A stretch of DNA of 64,000 nt from Eledone cirrhosa (GCA_964016885.1 OZ024747.1:42842001-42906000); one strand, 5' to 3'; positions 1 to 13,872 are shown, counted from the stretch's first letter. Notes: generated from the sequence alone by a model not told the origin. A program made the numbers and translations.

Positions 1-1376
1 ATTGTTTCTCTTTTTTACTGATTTGTTTCTTTTGTATATCAATCACAGTCTTAAAGGGAAAGCAAGCAAATGGGAAACTGTGACATGAAAATTTCATCCA
101 TTGTAAAGAGAATGAAATACCAGGTGGAGACTGTTAATTAGCAAAATAAACTTGGGAAAGCAAAGTCATATGCATTTCTCAAGGGCATATGAAATGATTG
201 TTGTAAACTTCAAACTCAGAACCATGTGTGCTCAATAGTCTAAGCTGAAACGAGGATCTATACCAGTCAATGACAAACTGTAGCCTGTGGTCCACATGCA
301 GCCCATAAGGCTTTCTGAATGGCACATCTAATGCAGCCTGCCATATGATGAGTCATATCTCATGTGGCCCATTGCTCAAAAATGTTGCCCATTCTTAATC
401 TTTGCTATGGTGTGTATTTGAAAACCTATTCAACCTACACTAAGTCAGTAAGGTAACATAATTCTGTACTTAGTGCATACTAAAACACTTGTAGGCTTGC
501 TTAATCAAATCAGAGAGTTAATTCTTATGCATTCAGAACAAAATGGATCAATTGCAAATTAGCAGAAAAAATATACATTCAGCAGTATTTGCTTTGGAGG
601 GAGAAAACCGTGTATAGAATAAACTCAGTATTTATTTTATGAAGCCATAAAACTTCGTTTATTTGTGCAGAATGTGTGTACTCCAACGGGACAAAATAGA
701 ATCTATATAACATTTCTGAAGCTGTGTATAATTGGCTGTTGTTTCATAATAATAATAATAATAATAATGGTTTCTTTCTTTATTTTTTTTATTATTTATT
801 TATTTATTGTTTAAATAATAATAATAACAATAATAATAATGTTGATAATAAAAAAAGTGTCAATAGCAAATAATAATAATTATAATATTTTGCACAAAAG
901 TTATTGTACAGAAAAATGGAACAAATTCAGTGTGTAGTAACGCTAGTTTGACAAAAGTAATAATAATTTCTTTATTTGCCACTGGGGCATAACAAATAAA
1001 CATTACAGTACATACACTATAACATAAAACTATAAAGTTACATAGAATAGAGATAAATACACACAGAAATTTGGTGTGTCACACACATTGTCACAACAGG
1101 TGTGTGTGTGTGTGTGTGTATTTTTATATATATTATGATAATCAATGTTGATTCATCCAGTGTCGATTCATCCAACAATGGTATAATCAGGCAGAAGCAC
1201 TCAATGTCATGGATGGCACAAGGTATTACATATCAGAAGAAGTAGGCATGTCGGAGGACATGGGAATAGAAACTACAATGGAATAGAAACTACAAGAGTA
1301 GCAGATGGTGGAAGTAGGTCAGTATGTTAAAAGTAGTCAGGCTATTCAATCTATGGTCAATCATTCTGGTTCTTAA

Positions 1377-1586
1377 CCCTTTAGCATTCACATTACTCTA
1401 TATATACTATTATATTTTCATGGTAAAGGCTTTATCTCACATAATTATCTCACGTAATATCGAATCTATGAGATTTTGAAAGTATTTATTTTGAGAAGAA
1501 TACCTTAACATCAGTTTGAGTGACCAGTTACAGCCAGTTTCAACAGAAAAAGGTAGAGAATTCTGGCCGGTTTGACCATTAAAGGG
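1377..1586. mobile_element. piggyBac-like MITE family 1 (other copies 9841-10047 in inverted orientation, 31539-31705, 53708-53923)
   Basis: TTAA|CCCTTTA...TAAAGGG|TTAA termini with TTAA TSD; internal sequence shared among four copies. Confidence 0.85.
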
Positions 1587-1934
1587 TTAAAGGGCTATAA
1601 AACAGTTTGTTAATCTATTTAATATCTTTATCGGTTAGCCTCCAGTTGATGGCAATGTTCATCCTACCCCTATCACTAGAAGTAACTCAGACTGCGTAAA
1701 TGTGTATATAAATTTACACACGTGTACATACCAAATATACGCACTCCAAGTTGAAAAAATGCTAAACATCTTTAACTTGTTTTCAAACTTAGGCGGGCTT
1801 TCATCAGAAATCATGTATATCATTTAAATAACCAGAAGGAAATATGTAACCAAGGGCTTATATACCCTACCACTTATAGTAGTATCCTGAAATGGACATA
1901 CTAATAAGCACTCATTTTGATAGTTTATTATATG

Positions 1935-1970
<36 letters not shown>

Positions 1971-2093
1971 AGTACACACACACACATTTTAAGGAGAAGA
2001 CTGACTACTTGATAACTTCCCATAATTTCCTGTCCTAGAAGAGGTTTAGTATCCCTGTTAACACAACTGCCATGTCTTTCTTTCTCCATATTT

Positions 2094-2189
2094 CTAATGA
2101 TATAAACCATCCGTTTACTAATGATATAAACCATCCGTTTACTAATGATATAAACCATCCGTTTACTAATGATATAAACCATCCGTTTA
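2094..2189. repeat. 24-bp tandem repeat x4
   Basis: CTAATGATATAAACCATCCGTTTA four times. Confidence 0.95.
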
Positions 2190-3869
2190 CCGTTTAATTT
2201 TGTAAATAATCAGAAAACTGCTGTCATTTAGTAAAATAATTAACTTCATTCGCTATTATGTTGGATAGCAAGGGTACAGAGGCATTAAAGTCAAGCTGTG
2301 TTTTTTCCATCTGAGTTCGAATCTTCCGAGGTTAACTTTGCTTTTCATTCATTTGGCGGTCAATAAAATAAACTATCAATCAAATACTGGGTTGATTTAA
2401 TCAATATTCCCATCCCCCAAATTGCTGGCCTTGTGCCTAAAGTAGAAACCTTTGTCATATTAGTTGGTATTTGAAACATAACAAAATGCTCTAACATAAA
2501 AAAACATTGTGAGAAGGTTATAAATATCAGTAGAGTAACTTTAAAATGAATCAGTATTAATCTGAACAGACAAGGAATGTACCTCGGGATGATGCTTTTC
2601 ATGAACTTTATTTTCTAAATCTGAGGGTGCACAATTGAAAAGTAAGGGTGGGGTAGAGCAGTGCGCACCAGTTCCCCCACCACACCTCCTTGGCAATGGG
2701 CATGTGTTGAAGATGATTTGCTCATATATGCACACATATTCACTCAAATATATTGTATAGCTGATTCCCAAATTGTTCTTCCTAGCTCATCTAATAGGTG
2801 GAGGAATTATCATCAATTTTACATCGACTTTTCCATGATGACATGGGTTGGACAGGGCTTTTTGAGGCAATATTTTAAGTTGGATACCGTTCCCGATACC
2901 AACTCTTTTAGTCACTTTTTATGGTGTACTTATTCTAAACCAGATACACATGCAATGAAATCAATAAATAATTTGAAATCTTAGCCATCAGTATCAAGTT
3001 GAAATGATTCCGTAAACTATATAACAGTTAACTATATATCATCATCATCATCATCATTTTACGTCCGCTTTTCCCTGCTTGCAAGGGTGGGACGGGTCTT
3101 ATTCAGCACAGCATCTCTGTACTTGTCACGGTCCTTGTAATATAATATAACTACCAGCTATTCAAGACAAGAGATAGAGTTCAACTAACAAGTAACATCA
3201 GTGTTGCAGCTAGAATTTCAAAACAGTAAGTCGAGAGAACCTTTCACTGTAGCGGAAAGAAACAAATATACATGAAATTAGATCAACAGCTAAACAAGTG
3301 TGTGAAACAGTTTAACAAGTTTAGGTGACAAATAAAAATCATGGCATTGTTGTGGTTTTACATGAGAGCAATAAACCGACTTGTGAGGCAGTGAATTGAT
3401 AGAGTCATTAGAATGTTTAATAGAATGCTTTGCACTATTTTTTTCTAGCACTCTGTACTCTTGAGTTCAAATCTCACTAAGATCAACCTTGCCTTTTATT
3501 CTTTCGAGGTCAATAAAAAAAAGTACCAGCCCAGTACTGGTGTCAATTCTTCCTCTACATCATTTTCTTTCTCATTCTCTCTCTCCTCTAGAAGAAATCG
3601 TTTGTGTTCAGACCTGGAGAAGGATGGGCTCTGCCAGGTATAAAATGCCCCTATGACTCCATAAGTTATGGGTGGGTCCCTACATACATACAAGCCAATA
3701 ATTTGTAGTGGAATGAGGCAACTTAATATATAAATAAAAAGGGAAAGTCTTAGAATTTTAAGACTGTTAGCTTTCATATAAAACTGAAAATATCCATTAT
3801 ACATACATATATATATATAAAAATTAGGATTGGTGCTCTCTCTCTCTCTCTCTCTATCTATATATATAT

Positions 3870-4100
3870 ATCATCATCATCATCATCATCATCGTTTAAC
3901 GTCCATCTTCCACGCTAGCATGGGTTTGGACGAGAATTTTCCCACTTGAGGCAAGATTGGTTGTCTTGCTCGTATAGGACTGTCTGGCAGGTTTTCTACG
4001 GCTGGATGCCCTTCCTAACACCAACCACGTTTACAGTGTGGACTGGGAGATTTTTACCGTGTTACCTACACGGCCACATTACAGCGTGGACTGTGTGTCT
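3870..4100 (-). mobile_element. 3' end (UTR and (GAT)n tail) of the RTE family at 37.9-41.2 kb
   Basis: Near-identical to the reverse complement of about 40990-41222, ending in (CAT)n on the plus strand. Confidence 0.85.
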
Positions 4101-4393
4101 TTTTGTATTATTTTATGTATTTTCATTTCTTACACAAATATCAGGTTTTTGCCTCAAAAGTTCAATTCTGCTTCCCACCAAGTTGTCTCATTGACACTTG
4201 CAGGTTGATATTGACCACTTTGGAGATCCTGCTCTAAGGATTATAATTTAGTGCTTCTCATAAAATGAAAGTTTTCAGTTTAGTAGTCTACTATCTTTAA
4301 GCCATCAATCACAATACATCTACTGTATGGATAGGCAATACCATATTCTAATCAATAAACATTTGGTAGCAAGAGGTTCGGATTGATGCATCA

Positions 4394-4402
4394 AAAGGAT
4401 AT
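4394..4402 (-). promoter_or_regulatory. U12-type (minor spliceosome) AT-AC 5' splice site
   Basis: Minus strand reads AAG ATT C|ATATCCTTTTGA, a match to the U12 donor consensus RTATCCTTT at the point where protein similarity ends. Confidence 0.85.
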
Positions 4403-4609
4403 GAATCTTTTCAGGAGCACCACTGTCAAGACAGTCCCGAATTTGGTAAATTTCAGTGTTGAGGCCTTCTTGTTTGAAAAGGTCTTCCTGTGTTCGACCG
4501 TATTTAAATAAATGATCAATCAAACGCCAAATTTCCTTTGGTACTGCGTATAACCGACCTCCTGTTACAGCAATGTCAACATCCTTTAAACTACCTGGCT
4601 GTTCCAAAT
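4403..4609 (-). CDS. Internal exon of an OCRL/INPP5B-family inositol polyphosphate 5-phosphatase (start of RhoGAP-like domain)
   Basis: Translation DLEQ...[49 protein letters not shown] closely resembles the recalled human OCRL segment VPKEIWLLVDHLFKY...QEDLF...IIDCLD...PETI. Candidate AG acceptor at 4611-4610; similarity stops at an ATATCCTTT donor starting at 4402. Confidence 0.88.
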
Positions 4610-4610
4610 C

Positions 4611-4737
4611 TACGATATATTAACAAATGGAAACTATATTTATAAAACCATATTTATTTCATTATACATATTTGAAATATGTATAATGAAATAAATATGG
4701 TTTTATAAATATAGTTTCCATTTGTTAATATATCGTA
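4611..4737. repeat. Perfect palindrome, 63-bp arms with a 1-nt centre
   Basis: 4611-4673 is the exact reverse complement of 4675-4737; centre G at 4674. Confidence 0.95.
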
Positions 4738-4837
4738 TTTTTACTCCGATAATTTGTTAAGTGCTTTATATCAGTTATAAAAATATTTGCTTGTTGTATC
4801 CCAACAATTTAAATAGAACTTCTACATATATATATAT

Positions 4838-5191
4838 ATCATCATCATCATCATCAACGTTTAACGTCCGTGTTCCACGCTTGCATGGGTTTGGACGGGG
4901 GTTTTCCCACTTGAGGCAAGAGTGATTGTCTTGCTCGCATAGGACTGTCTGGCGGGTTTTCTACAGCTGGATGCCCTTCCTAACACCAACCACATTTACA
5001 GTGTGGGGCTGGGAGGTTTTTACAGTGTTGCCTACATGGCCACATTACAGCGTGGACTGTCTGGCGGGTTTTCTACAGCTGGATGCCCTTCCTAACACCA
5101 ACCACATTTACAGTGTGGGGCTGGGAGGTTTTTACCGTGTTACCTACACGGCCACATTACAGCGTGGACTGTGTGTTTTTTGTCGTGACAC

Positions 5192-5193
<2 letters not shown>
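4838..5193 (-). mobile_element. 3' end of the same RTE family with an internal tandem duplication of about 112 bp
   Basis: Matches about 40975-41222; the segment starting GGACTGT at 4942 recurs at 5054. Confidence 0.85.
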
Positions 5194-5226
<33 letters not shown>

Positions 5227-5599
5227 CCTTTGTTATGTTCCAAACAACCTATGATTTCTGATTTCAAGCACAAGGCCAGCAATTTGTGAAAACTGGAAAG
5301 CCAATTATATCAACCTCAGTACATTAGTGATACTTAAATTTAGCTCCACATGGATGAAAGGAAAAGTTTACTTCACTGGGGTTTGAACTCAGAAAGTAAA
5401 TGCCCACAACTAAATGATGCAATGGTCTAATGCTTCAATAATTCTGCCAATCTGCCACATTTCCAATTAATGTAATAATAAGAAAATTAGTTATGTTGTT
5501 AAATCCCTCCAAATTCTTGATTATTTTCAAAATTATTTAAAAAGCACAGACAGTGTCTTTGAATAAAAAAAATATGGTAACAAAAGGTTAAGAAGATTT

Positions 5600-6180
5600 G
5601 CAGTGAGTGCTGGGTGCTTTTTTCCGTGGTGCCTACATGTCCACTTTACAGTGTGGGCTGCGTGCTTTTTTGCCGTGGCACCTCCACGACCACTTTGCAG
5701 TGGGAGGGTGTGGGGGCATATTGTCTATATGCTTCAGCTTTGGCTTGTACCCGTGGGGAGTCGGGTACTCTGTATTACTGCGTGACGCCAGAGGTCACGG
5801 TCGTGTGTCATCGCCTTTGAGAGGTGCAGTTGGGTATGGTCAGCCTTTATCACCTCATCCCAGGTCTTCTTGGGTCTCCCCACTCCGTGGCTTCCATCGA
5901 CTTCTAATGCTCTACACCTTTTTATGCAGCTGTCATCCTTCATACGCATCACATGTCCATACCAACGCAACCGCCTCTACTGCACACAGCATTTGATTCC
6001 TCTTATGCTCAGTCTCTCTCTCAATTCATTTATGCTTTGCCGTTTGCGTATATTACTATTACACATCCATCGGGGCATGCAGGCTTCGTTTCTCTCTAAT
6101 CTACACAAGTCTTCCACAGACAGTGCCCGGGGCTCACTATCATGTAACATTGCTCACGCATCATACAGTCTGCCTTTCAT
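5600..6180 (-). mobile_element. RTE LINE 3' fragment
   Basis: LRWYGHVMRMKDDSCIKRC...GRPKKTWDE matches the C-terminus of ORF 38378-40828. Confidence 0.85.
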
Positions 6181-6589
6181 TCTGTTATATTGCTTGAAAA
6201 GAAGATCAATGTTGCAATTTAAGTTGAAATGGTAGAATGGCTTCAGTTTGATTTAACATGATATTGGAAACTTTAGGGGACAACCTAGCAGTGAGAACTG
6301 TACCTCAGGCAAGTTTAGTAGAGCAATTAACATTCCATTCCAAATATGATTCCACATTGAAAATTCAATTCCATTACAACCAACTTTTGTCCTCATATCA
6401 ATTTTTAATTTAGGCACAAGGCCAGCAAATTTTGGTACTTGGCTGGCATTGAATTTTATCAATTTCAGAAAGATGAAAGGCAAAGTTAATCTCGACAGGA
6501 TTTGAAATTAGAATGTAAAGAATCAGAAGAAATGCTGCAATGATTTTTATTCGATACTCTATCAATTCTGCCTATCCACCAACCTTCCA

Positions 6590-6870
6590 AAGGTACATGG
6601 TCTAATGGTTAGGATGCCTGATGTAGCATTGTAATACCATCCATTTGATTCTTGATCAGACTGCTGCATTGTGTTCTTCAGCAAACATTTTATTTCACAT
6701 TGCTCCAGTACACTCAACTGAGATGAGTACCAGCAGTAGCTGGGAAGCTAATCCTGTGATAGACCAGCATTCTATCCAGAGAGAGTCTTATACTCTCAGT
6801 TGCTTAAAACCAAGGAAACCAAGGATAAGCACCCGTCAGATGAGCCTTTGGCTTAGAACAGGCTTTAACT
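6590..6870 (+). mobile_element. tRNA-derived SINE family B (other copy about 28522-28800; minus-strand partial about 30695-30850)
   Basis: tRNA-like head (TGGTCTAATGGTTAGG; GGTTCGATTCC in the 28.5-kb copy) and a body shared between dispersed copies. Confidence 0.65.
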
Positions 6871-9595
6871 CTAACTATCCTTCCTCATATTGATGGATGA
6901 TGCAATCCTAATACTTCAAGTTAGTTATTGCTTGTTTATTTTACGAGGATTAAACTATATAGTAACCATCCTGTGGAACATTGAAGACACATCACTGTTA
7001 AAGTCTGACTTCCTTCCGCGTGGTAGCTTCTTTACTTTAACAGTTTGGTAGCTTTTTCTTTACACATTTGAAGACACACTTAAAAGACAATGAGAGAGCC
7101 TCGACCTGGTTAATCAACCCGGTAGAAATTACTGTCAAATTTCCCTCAAATCACACCCAACTGTCATAAATAAAAACATATTACATAATGTACTGCAACA
7201 TACCTCCTAAACCCATATATTTGCTCCTTCAGGATAGTTTAACCTGCTAAACCAGGAGTCAAATGACCCTCAAATCCCTTTGTACCATCTTATCCCTTTC
7301 ATTACCACATTTCTAATGAATTAAAAAGGATTGAAAATTATCAAGAATTTCTAAGGATTTAGTAATATAACTAAGTTTTTAACTATTAAACTGATGTTTG
7401 GAACATAAAGGTTCTCAAATAGAATTATGATAGAAATTTTTTAGATAAATATAAACACTGAAATAAAAAGCTTGTATAGTAGAACTAGGGGGTTTCATGT
7501 GGTTTGGTATCAAAAGGAAGAACAGTATATATTAGATAATGTACTACTAAATACACCAAAAAGACAGCTGGAATGCCTTTCATCATACATCTGCTTGATC
7601 AGGGTTGACCAAACAGCATTTCCTACATGTTGGTAATTCATTTTAGAGTTCTCTCACAATATGCTGTCTACTATAATGTACAATAATTTAGAGAGAACCA
7701 CAATACGGTTTTGTTTAAAAAAAAAAGAATTGATCAACAATATTCTAGACCTCATCCGCTAATCATGTGGGTTGGAACTTGCTAAATCGGACCAAGAAAA
7801 CAATGCTTCCATTAGTCTTTGCATTGCTGATACTATCTACTAGTTGCAACTCCAGGCAGAGTTCTGTTAAAGGCAAAAGTTAAAAGAAAGATCTATCCCA
7901 ATATCATCATCATTTAATGTTCATTTTCCATGCTAACAAGGGTTGGACATGTCACGGACTGGCCAGTACTCTGGTAAAGCCTCTAACCTCCAGATGGGCC
8001 AGGGTCCCAACATATAATTCTGCACTATGCATTTTATCATGGCACCAATACTAGGGAAGTTATGTCCTTGGCATAGATGAAGAGTCTTCCAAACCTTTTG
8101 CTCCTTGTAAAAAAAAAAAAAAAAGCTCCAAATCCCTCTTGATAACAAACTGCCTGAAATTGCAGTTGGTTCTACAGTACAAAGTAGCATATTTTGAAAT
8201 ATATATATCTAAAAATCTTTCATCATAATTTCATGTAAGAATCTTTGCTATGTTATGTTCTAAACACCAGTTTAATAATGAGTAATTTAAATATATTACT
8301 AAATCCTTTCAAATCTTGATTTGAAAATCAGATAGAGAGTATTTTATTAGAAATATTTTCATGAAAGGGTTAAAGTATTGCTCATTGATTGGGTAAGCTT
8401 TATTAAGATTCAGTTCAGGTTTAGGTCACTCACTATACACTATAAAGATTTGCCATAGAAACTTTGCTGTTTTTTGTATGTCATTAATAATTACAATAAA
8501 CTGATACATATCAGAAATATTTCAGCACCAATTAATGCTTAATCATCAAACACCAAGATCTAGCGACATATTAGCCAATCAATCAAACAAGTTTACAATC
8601 AAGTTAAGCAAGGTATCAATAAAATATATCAAATCATCTACTTTCCTAAATACTTGCACTAAATCATTTTCTACACACATCCAGTTTTATTTATTGGTAT
8701 CACTAAGGCAAAATTATTTTCTATATAACATGTTTAGTTTCCTAAAATTCTTCATTTATTCTTCAAGAATTATAGTAAATCATTTATTTTTAAATGTTAA
8801 TAGTGAAATATGGCAGGTATCGAGTTAGCAGAGACATTAGAATGCTAGATAGATGATTTGTGGTATTTGTTCTGGTTTTCTACAAACTGAATTCAAAACC
8901 TGCTGAAGTTAACATTGCCTGTCACCTTTTGAAGCTCATAAAAAAAAGGGCCAGTACTGGTGTCACTTCTTCCTCTATATCTCTTTCTCACCTCCTATCT
9001 TTCTCTCTCTCTGGAGATGGGCTCTGCCAGGTATAAAATGTGTAAAACACATAACATGACTTTCGGGAACATTTTTTCATGCTCAGAGTTGCTGAAGCAT
9101 GGAACAAAGTACCTGCATCAGTTGTTAGCTCCCGGGACACTGCATCCTTCAAAACCTCCATACTTCCTTAAATTCGCCAACACTACACCTGATATTCCCC
9201 CTCCATACACATGCATACATGTATATCATGACTCATACACTGTTCACTTTCCTGACATTTGTACATTATTCTATGTACAATATATGCACCTTTGATAAGT
9301 TGTAGTGCACCTGAACACTGTACACAATAATTTCATTATTATTATTATTATTATTATTTTTACAGTCCTTATTATTATTGTAATTGCTGTTTGTGTTAAT
9401 ATAGATGATGTTCAGACCTGGAGAGGGATGGGCTCCACTAGGTTTAAAATTCTCACAACAATGCCCATACAAACCAGTAACTGGGGCCTTTATCTGATTA
9501 CTCTACTTACTAGAAACAGCAGCCAAATTTCCTTCAAATCTTACTATAGAACCCCCCCACACACACACACCTTTTTAGAGGGGGGGGGGCATTAA

Positions 9596-9832
9596 CCCTT
9601 TCAATAGCATATTTCTAATAAAAAACAGTGTCTATGATTTTCAAATATTTTTGAAAATAATCAAAAATTTAGAAGGATAGCAAACTTTTTCATTATCAAA
9701 TTGATGTTTGAAACATAAGGTTCTTACATAAAATTATGATAGAAAGTTATTATATAAAAAGAAACATTATAAATCAAATGGATTTGCATCAAAGAACCAG
9801 GGACAGTTACAGGTGGTTTGGTATCAAAAGGT
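9596..9832. mobile_element. piggyBac-like MITE family 2 (related decayed copies near 5490-5590, 7290-7517, 12190-12350, 48285-48510)
   Basis: TTAA|CCCTTT...AAAGGT|TTAA; sits directly beside a family-1 MITE across TTAATTAA. Confidence 0.7.
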
Positions 9833-10765
9833 TTAATTAACCCTTTAATGTTCAAACCGGCCAAAACCAGCCAGAATTCTCTACCTTTTTCTGTTGAAAC
9901 TGGCTGTAACTGGTCACTCAAACTGATGTTAAGGTATTGTTCTCAAAATAAATACTTTCAAAATCTCATAGATTCGATATTATGTGAGATAAAGCATTTA
10001 CCATGAAAATATAATAGTATATATAAAATAATGTGAATGCTAAAGGGTTAAGTACAGAAAAATGACATGGTTAAACGAACAGCATGTTAATTATTTGCTG
10101 TTGATGATATTTAGCTCAAAGTCAGGGTAGATCAGGCAAACCCATGATGTTCCAGTTGTGATCACCCCATAATTCTATATATAAAATATCAAGGACTATA
10201 TCGTCCAATGTATTCTTCATTAATTTAAGACACTTGGGTGTGATTTGAGGGAGAAATGGTGCTATTTCTAGCATGCCAACTGAATGCATAGAATCTATCT
10301 CATAGGCTTGATACATTTAAGTGGAATTGTTATCTTGGAATCGCTTCTAAAGCGTGATCCCTTTGTAGAACAGTTTGTTGTTTGAGAAAGAAAATGAAAA
10401 ACAAAACAAGAGATGGGGATGATGGGGTAACGTTTTTAATTGCTTTCTTTATAAATATAAATAGCATCTATTGAAGGAAGTTCGCCATTAGGTAGTGCAG
10501 TATTGTGAGGGGCAGGGAGGAGGGGAAGTTCATTATCAGGTAGTACAGTACAGTGAGGGGGAGGGAAAGTTTACCATCAGGTAATGCAGAACAGTGAGTA
10601 GGGGGGAGTAGATAGTTAATGCTTTTCTATGAGCCCCACATAGGGAAAGAAATATTGATTAACTGACTGAACTGGGATAGATGTGTATCTTTTCTAAACA
10701 ACAAGCACAAGTACTGTCTTGTAGAAGTCATCTCTATTTGACTGTCTCTATCTCTCTCACTATGA

Positions 10766-10826
<61 letters not shown>

Positions 10827-10839
10827 CATCATCATCATC

Positions 10840-11190
10840 GTATAAAATATGTGCAATGTCGATGTGCGTGAACGACCCAGCATGAATGTGTTGAGAGAGA
10901 AACTGTGTCTGAGAGGGATAGAATGTAGTGTGCGAGAGAGGAGACTGAGGTGGTATGGACATGTGATGCACATGGAGGATGACCGATGGGTGAAGAAATG
11001 CCAGTTGAAGGAAGATGTGGTAGAGGTAGACCACGAAAAACATGGGCGGAGGTGGTGAGAACAGACCTCAGATCGCTGAAGCTCACGGTAGAGATGACGA
11101 AGGACCGTGACAAGTGGAGAGATGCTGTGCTGAATAAGACCCATCCCACCCTTGCAAGCAGAGAAAAGCGGACATAAAATGATGATGATG
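10840..11190 (+). mobile_element. RTE LINE 3' fragment, related family (similar pieces at 46205-46430 minus and 3040-3135 minus)
   Basis: RERRLRWYGHVMHM and RGRPRKTWAEVV motifs followed by a (GAT)n tail. Confidence 0.8.
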
Positions 11191-11240
<50 letters not shown>

Positions 11241-11541
11241 TAATCCTATAATGTCTGTTTGCCATGCTAGCAAGAGCTGGAGTACACACATGTATATAAT
11301 ATATATATAACAAAGAAGGTGTGGTAAGATACCAGGTGGACCATAACGTACCAGAGTACTCAATACTTAGGGTAGTAGAGTGGGTAATAGGAAAGGAGTC
11401 AAGACCCCGACAGCTGAGCTCTGGCCGTTTCGACAGCTAGATCCGAACAGTTCAGATCTAGCTGTCGAAACGGCCAGAGCTCAGCTGTCGGGGTCCTGGC
11501 TCTTTTCCTATAGACATATATATATATATATTTCTTTGCTT

Positions 11542-11578
<37 letters not shown>

Positions 11579-11585
11579 CTTGGCT

Positions 11586-11625
<40 letters not shown>

Positions 11626-11632
11626 CTTTGCT

Positions 11633-11707
<75 letters not shown>

Positions 11708-13320
11708 TCTTTGCTTCTTATATATATATATTCATTGGATAAAAAGCCCCCAGAACACACTGTAAATGTGGTTGGCGTTAGGATGGGCACCCAGCCGTAG
11801 AAACCAAGCCAGAAACAGTACTGTGTGAGCAAGAGATGGTCACCTGACCCACCCTGCCTCAAACGGGACAACCCTTCTAACCCATGCTAGCGTGGAAAAA
11901 TGGACGTTAAACGGTGATGATGATGATGATGATGATAATACACAGATATAAATGTGGTAGTAGTGGCACCACGATAAAAAGCACCCAGTCACAATGAAAT
12001 GCTCCAGGTACACACTGTAAAGTAGTTGGCATTAGTAAGGGCATCAATACGTAGAAACGAAACCAAAAATGGATCAGACGAGAAAGACACTGTCACATGA
12101 TTAGTCTAACCCCAAGTACGTGACAGACCATCTAACGCATGCAAGATGAAAATTAGATATTAAACGGTGATCTTATTTTCTCCTCAAGCTGGTGTTTGGC
12201 ACTTAAAGGTTCTTACATAAAATTACGATACAAAGTTTTTAGATAAATATACTAGCGGAGAAAACGTATGTTAAATGATAATAAACACTTTAATATAAAC
12301 AGCTTCATGTTGTAGAACCAGGGGCAGGTGCAGGAGGTTTGGTATCAGTTTATTGATTCACTAAAAAGAAAAGATCCCAACTAGGATCTTCTCATGGTTA
12401 GACAAATTCTCCTTTTCTGCCCGCAGGGGTATGAAAAAAAGAATTTATTTACAGTTGCCCCTATGTGTAGACTCAAACTTGTAGACCGTATTGGATACAC
12501 ACTCTCTATCTCTCGCTTTCTCTTGTTGGTTTCAGTCAGACTGCGCCCATGCTGGAACCCCGCCTTAAAAGTTCATTGATCGTTTTTGTTGAAATAAGCA
12601 TAGGAACAAACGTAAACACAAAACGTATGTATCTTAAAAACCGTTTTACGCCTGTTTTCCACGCTCCATGGAGCTAGACAGGTTGTCACGTTGTGAGACT
12701 AAACATGAAATGACAATATTTTGCTCATATATTCCATTTTTCGCATTGTTTCTACAACTAAACGTTCTCTCTAAAGCTAACCAGGTTACATACGCATCAT
12801 CATTTATCGTCCGTTAAATGATGAAACATTCCACAGACACGTGGACCCATAACGTAACTCTGAACCAGATTCAGTGTCACAAGCTGGTCCTTTAAATTAT
12901 AGGTACAGTCAATCTGATAGACTTCCAATTTGCTTCCATCAACCCAGTTTCACTGACAATTTGCCTTTCATCCTTACGGGGTAGGTAAAATAAAGTACCA
13001 GTAATGCACTGGGTATTTGCTGGCCTCGTGCCTAAAGTAGAAACAAATATATTGTTTAACCCGTGTCTATGGTAAATGGCACTTGCCCAAGATGGTCACA
13101 CAGTAGGATCGAACTCACAACCACATGGTGGGCAATTGCTCAGTAGGGGTGTACCAGCGACGGCCGTAGCAAATTTATTTATGCCCTCAGCCGGGATTTT
13201 TGACTTTAAGAATGGTTAGAATTTTTTAATTTAATACCTGTATGTATAACTTTTCAATTCCAATTACTTGCGCCAAACTAACTTTGATATATAAAATTGG
13301 CGGAGGACGATGGTAGGGGT

Positions 13321-13365
<45 letters not shown>

Positions 13366-13787
13366 TGTGTGCGTGTTTGAAGGGGCCCCCAAAACCTGAA
13401 GTGCCCCGGGTCAACCAAGGTTTAACTCCAACCCTGTGTGTGTATGTATACATACATAAGTATCGGTACTGTTAATATAAATACTATTTGGTATATTGGC
13501 TAAGTATATATAACCCGAACGCAACAATCTTTAAACGAATAAGGCACATGAAATCTGTTGTCGCCAGTCTGACTAGAAATACATGTGTAGTATGTATATA
13601 TATATATTATTCATATAGATTATATAGACACAGGGTATATATAATCAGTATACATTAATGTATACATCAATGTATATAGAAACAAGATACAGACGAGTCC
13701 ATACACACCGGTGAATATACAGAAATACAGTATATATGAATAACAGACTGGTGTGTACAATAGACACACCGCATAAATAACTTGTAT

Positions 13788-13867
<80 letters not shown>

Positions 13868-13872
<5 letters not shown>

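Noticed and set aside
7750-7870. Possible upstream OCRL exon
   Set aside because: No frame resembles the ASH domain; at most a faint hAT-like LQL.DS motif.
10470-10615. Three degenerate G-rich ~45-bp units
   Set aside because: Low copy number and divergent; nothing supports a function.
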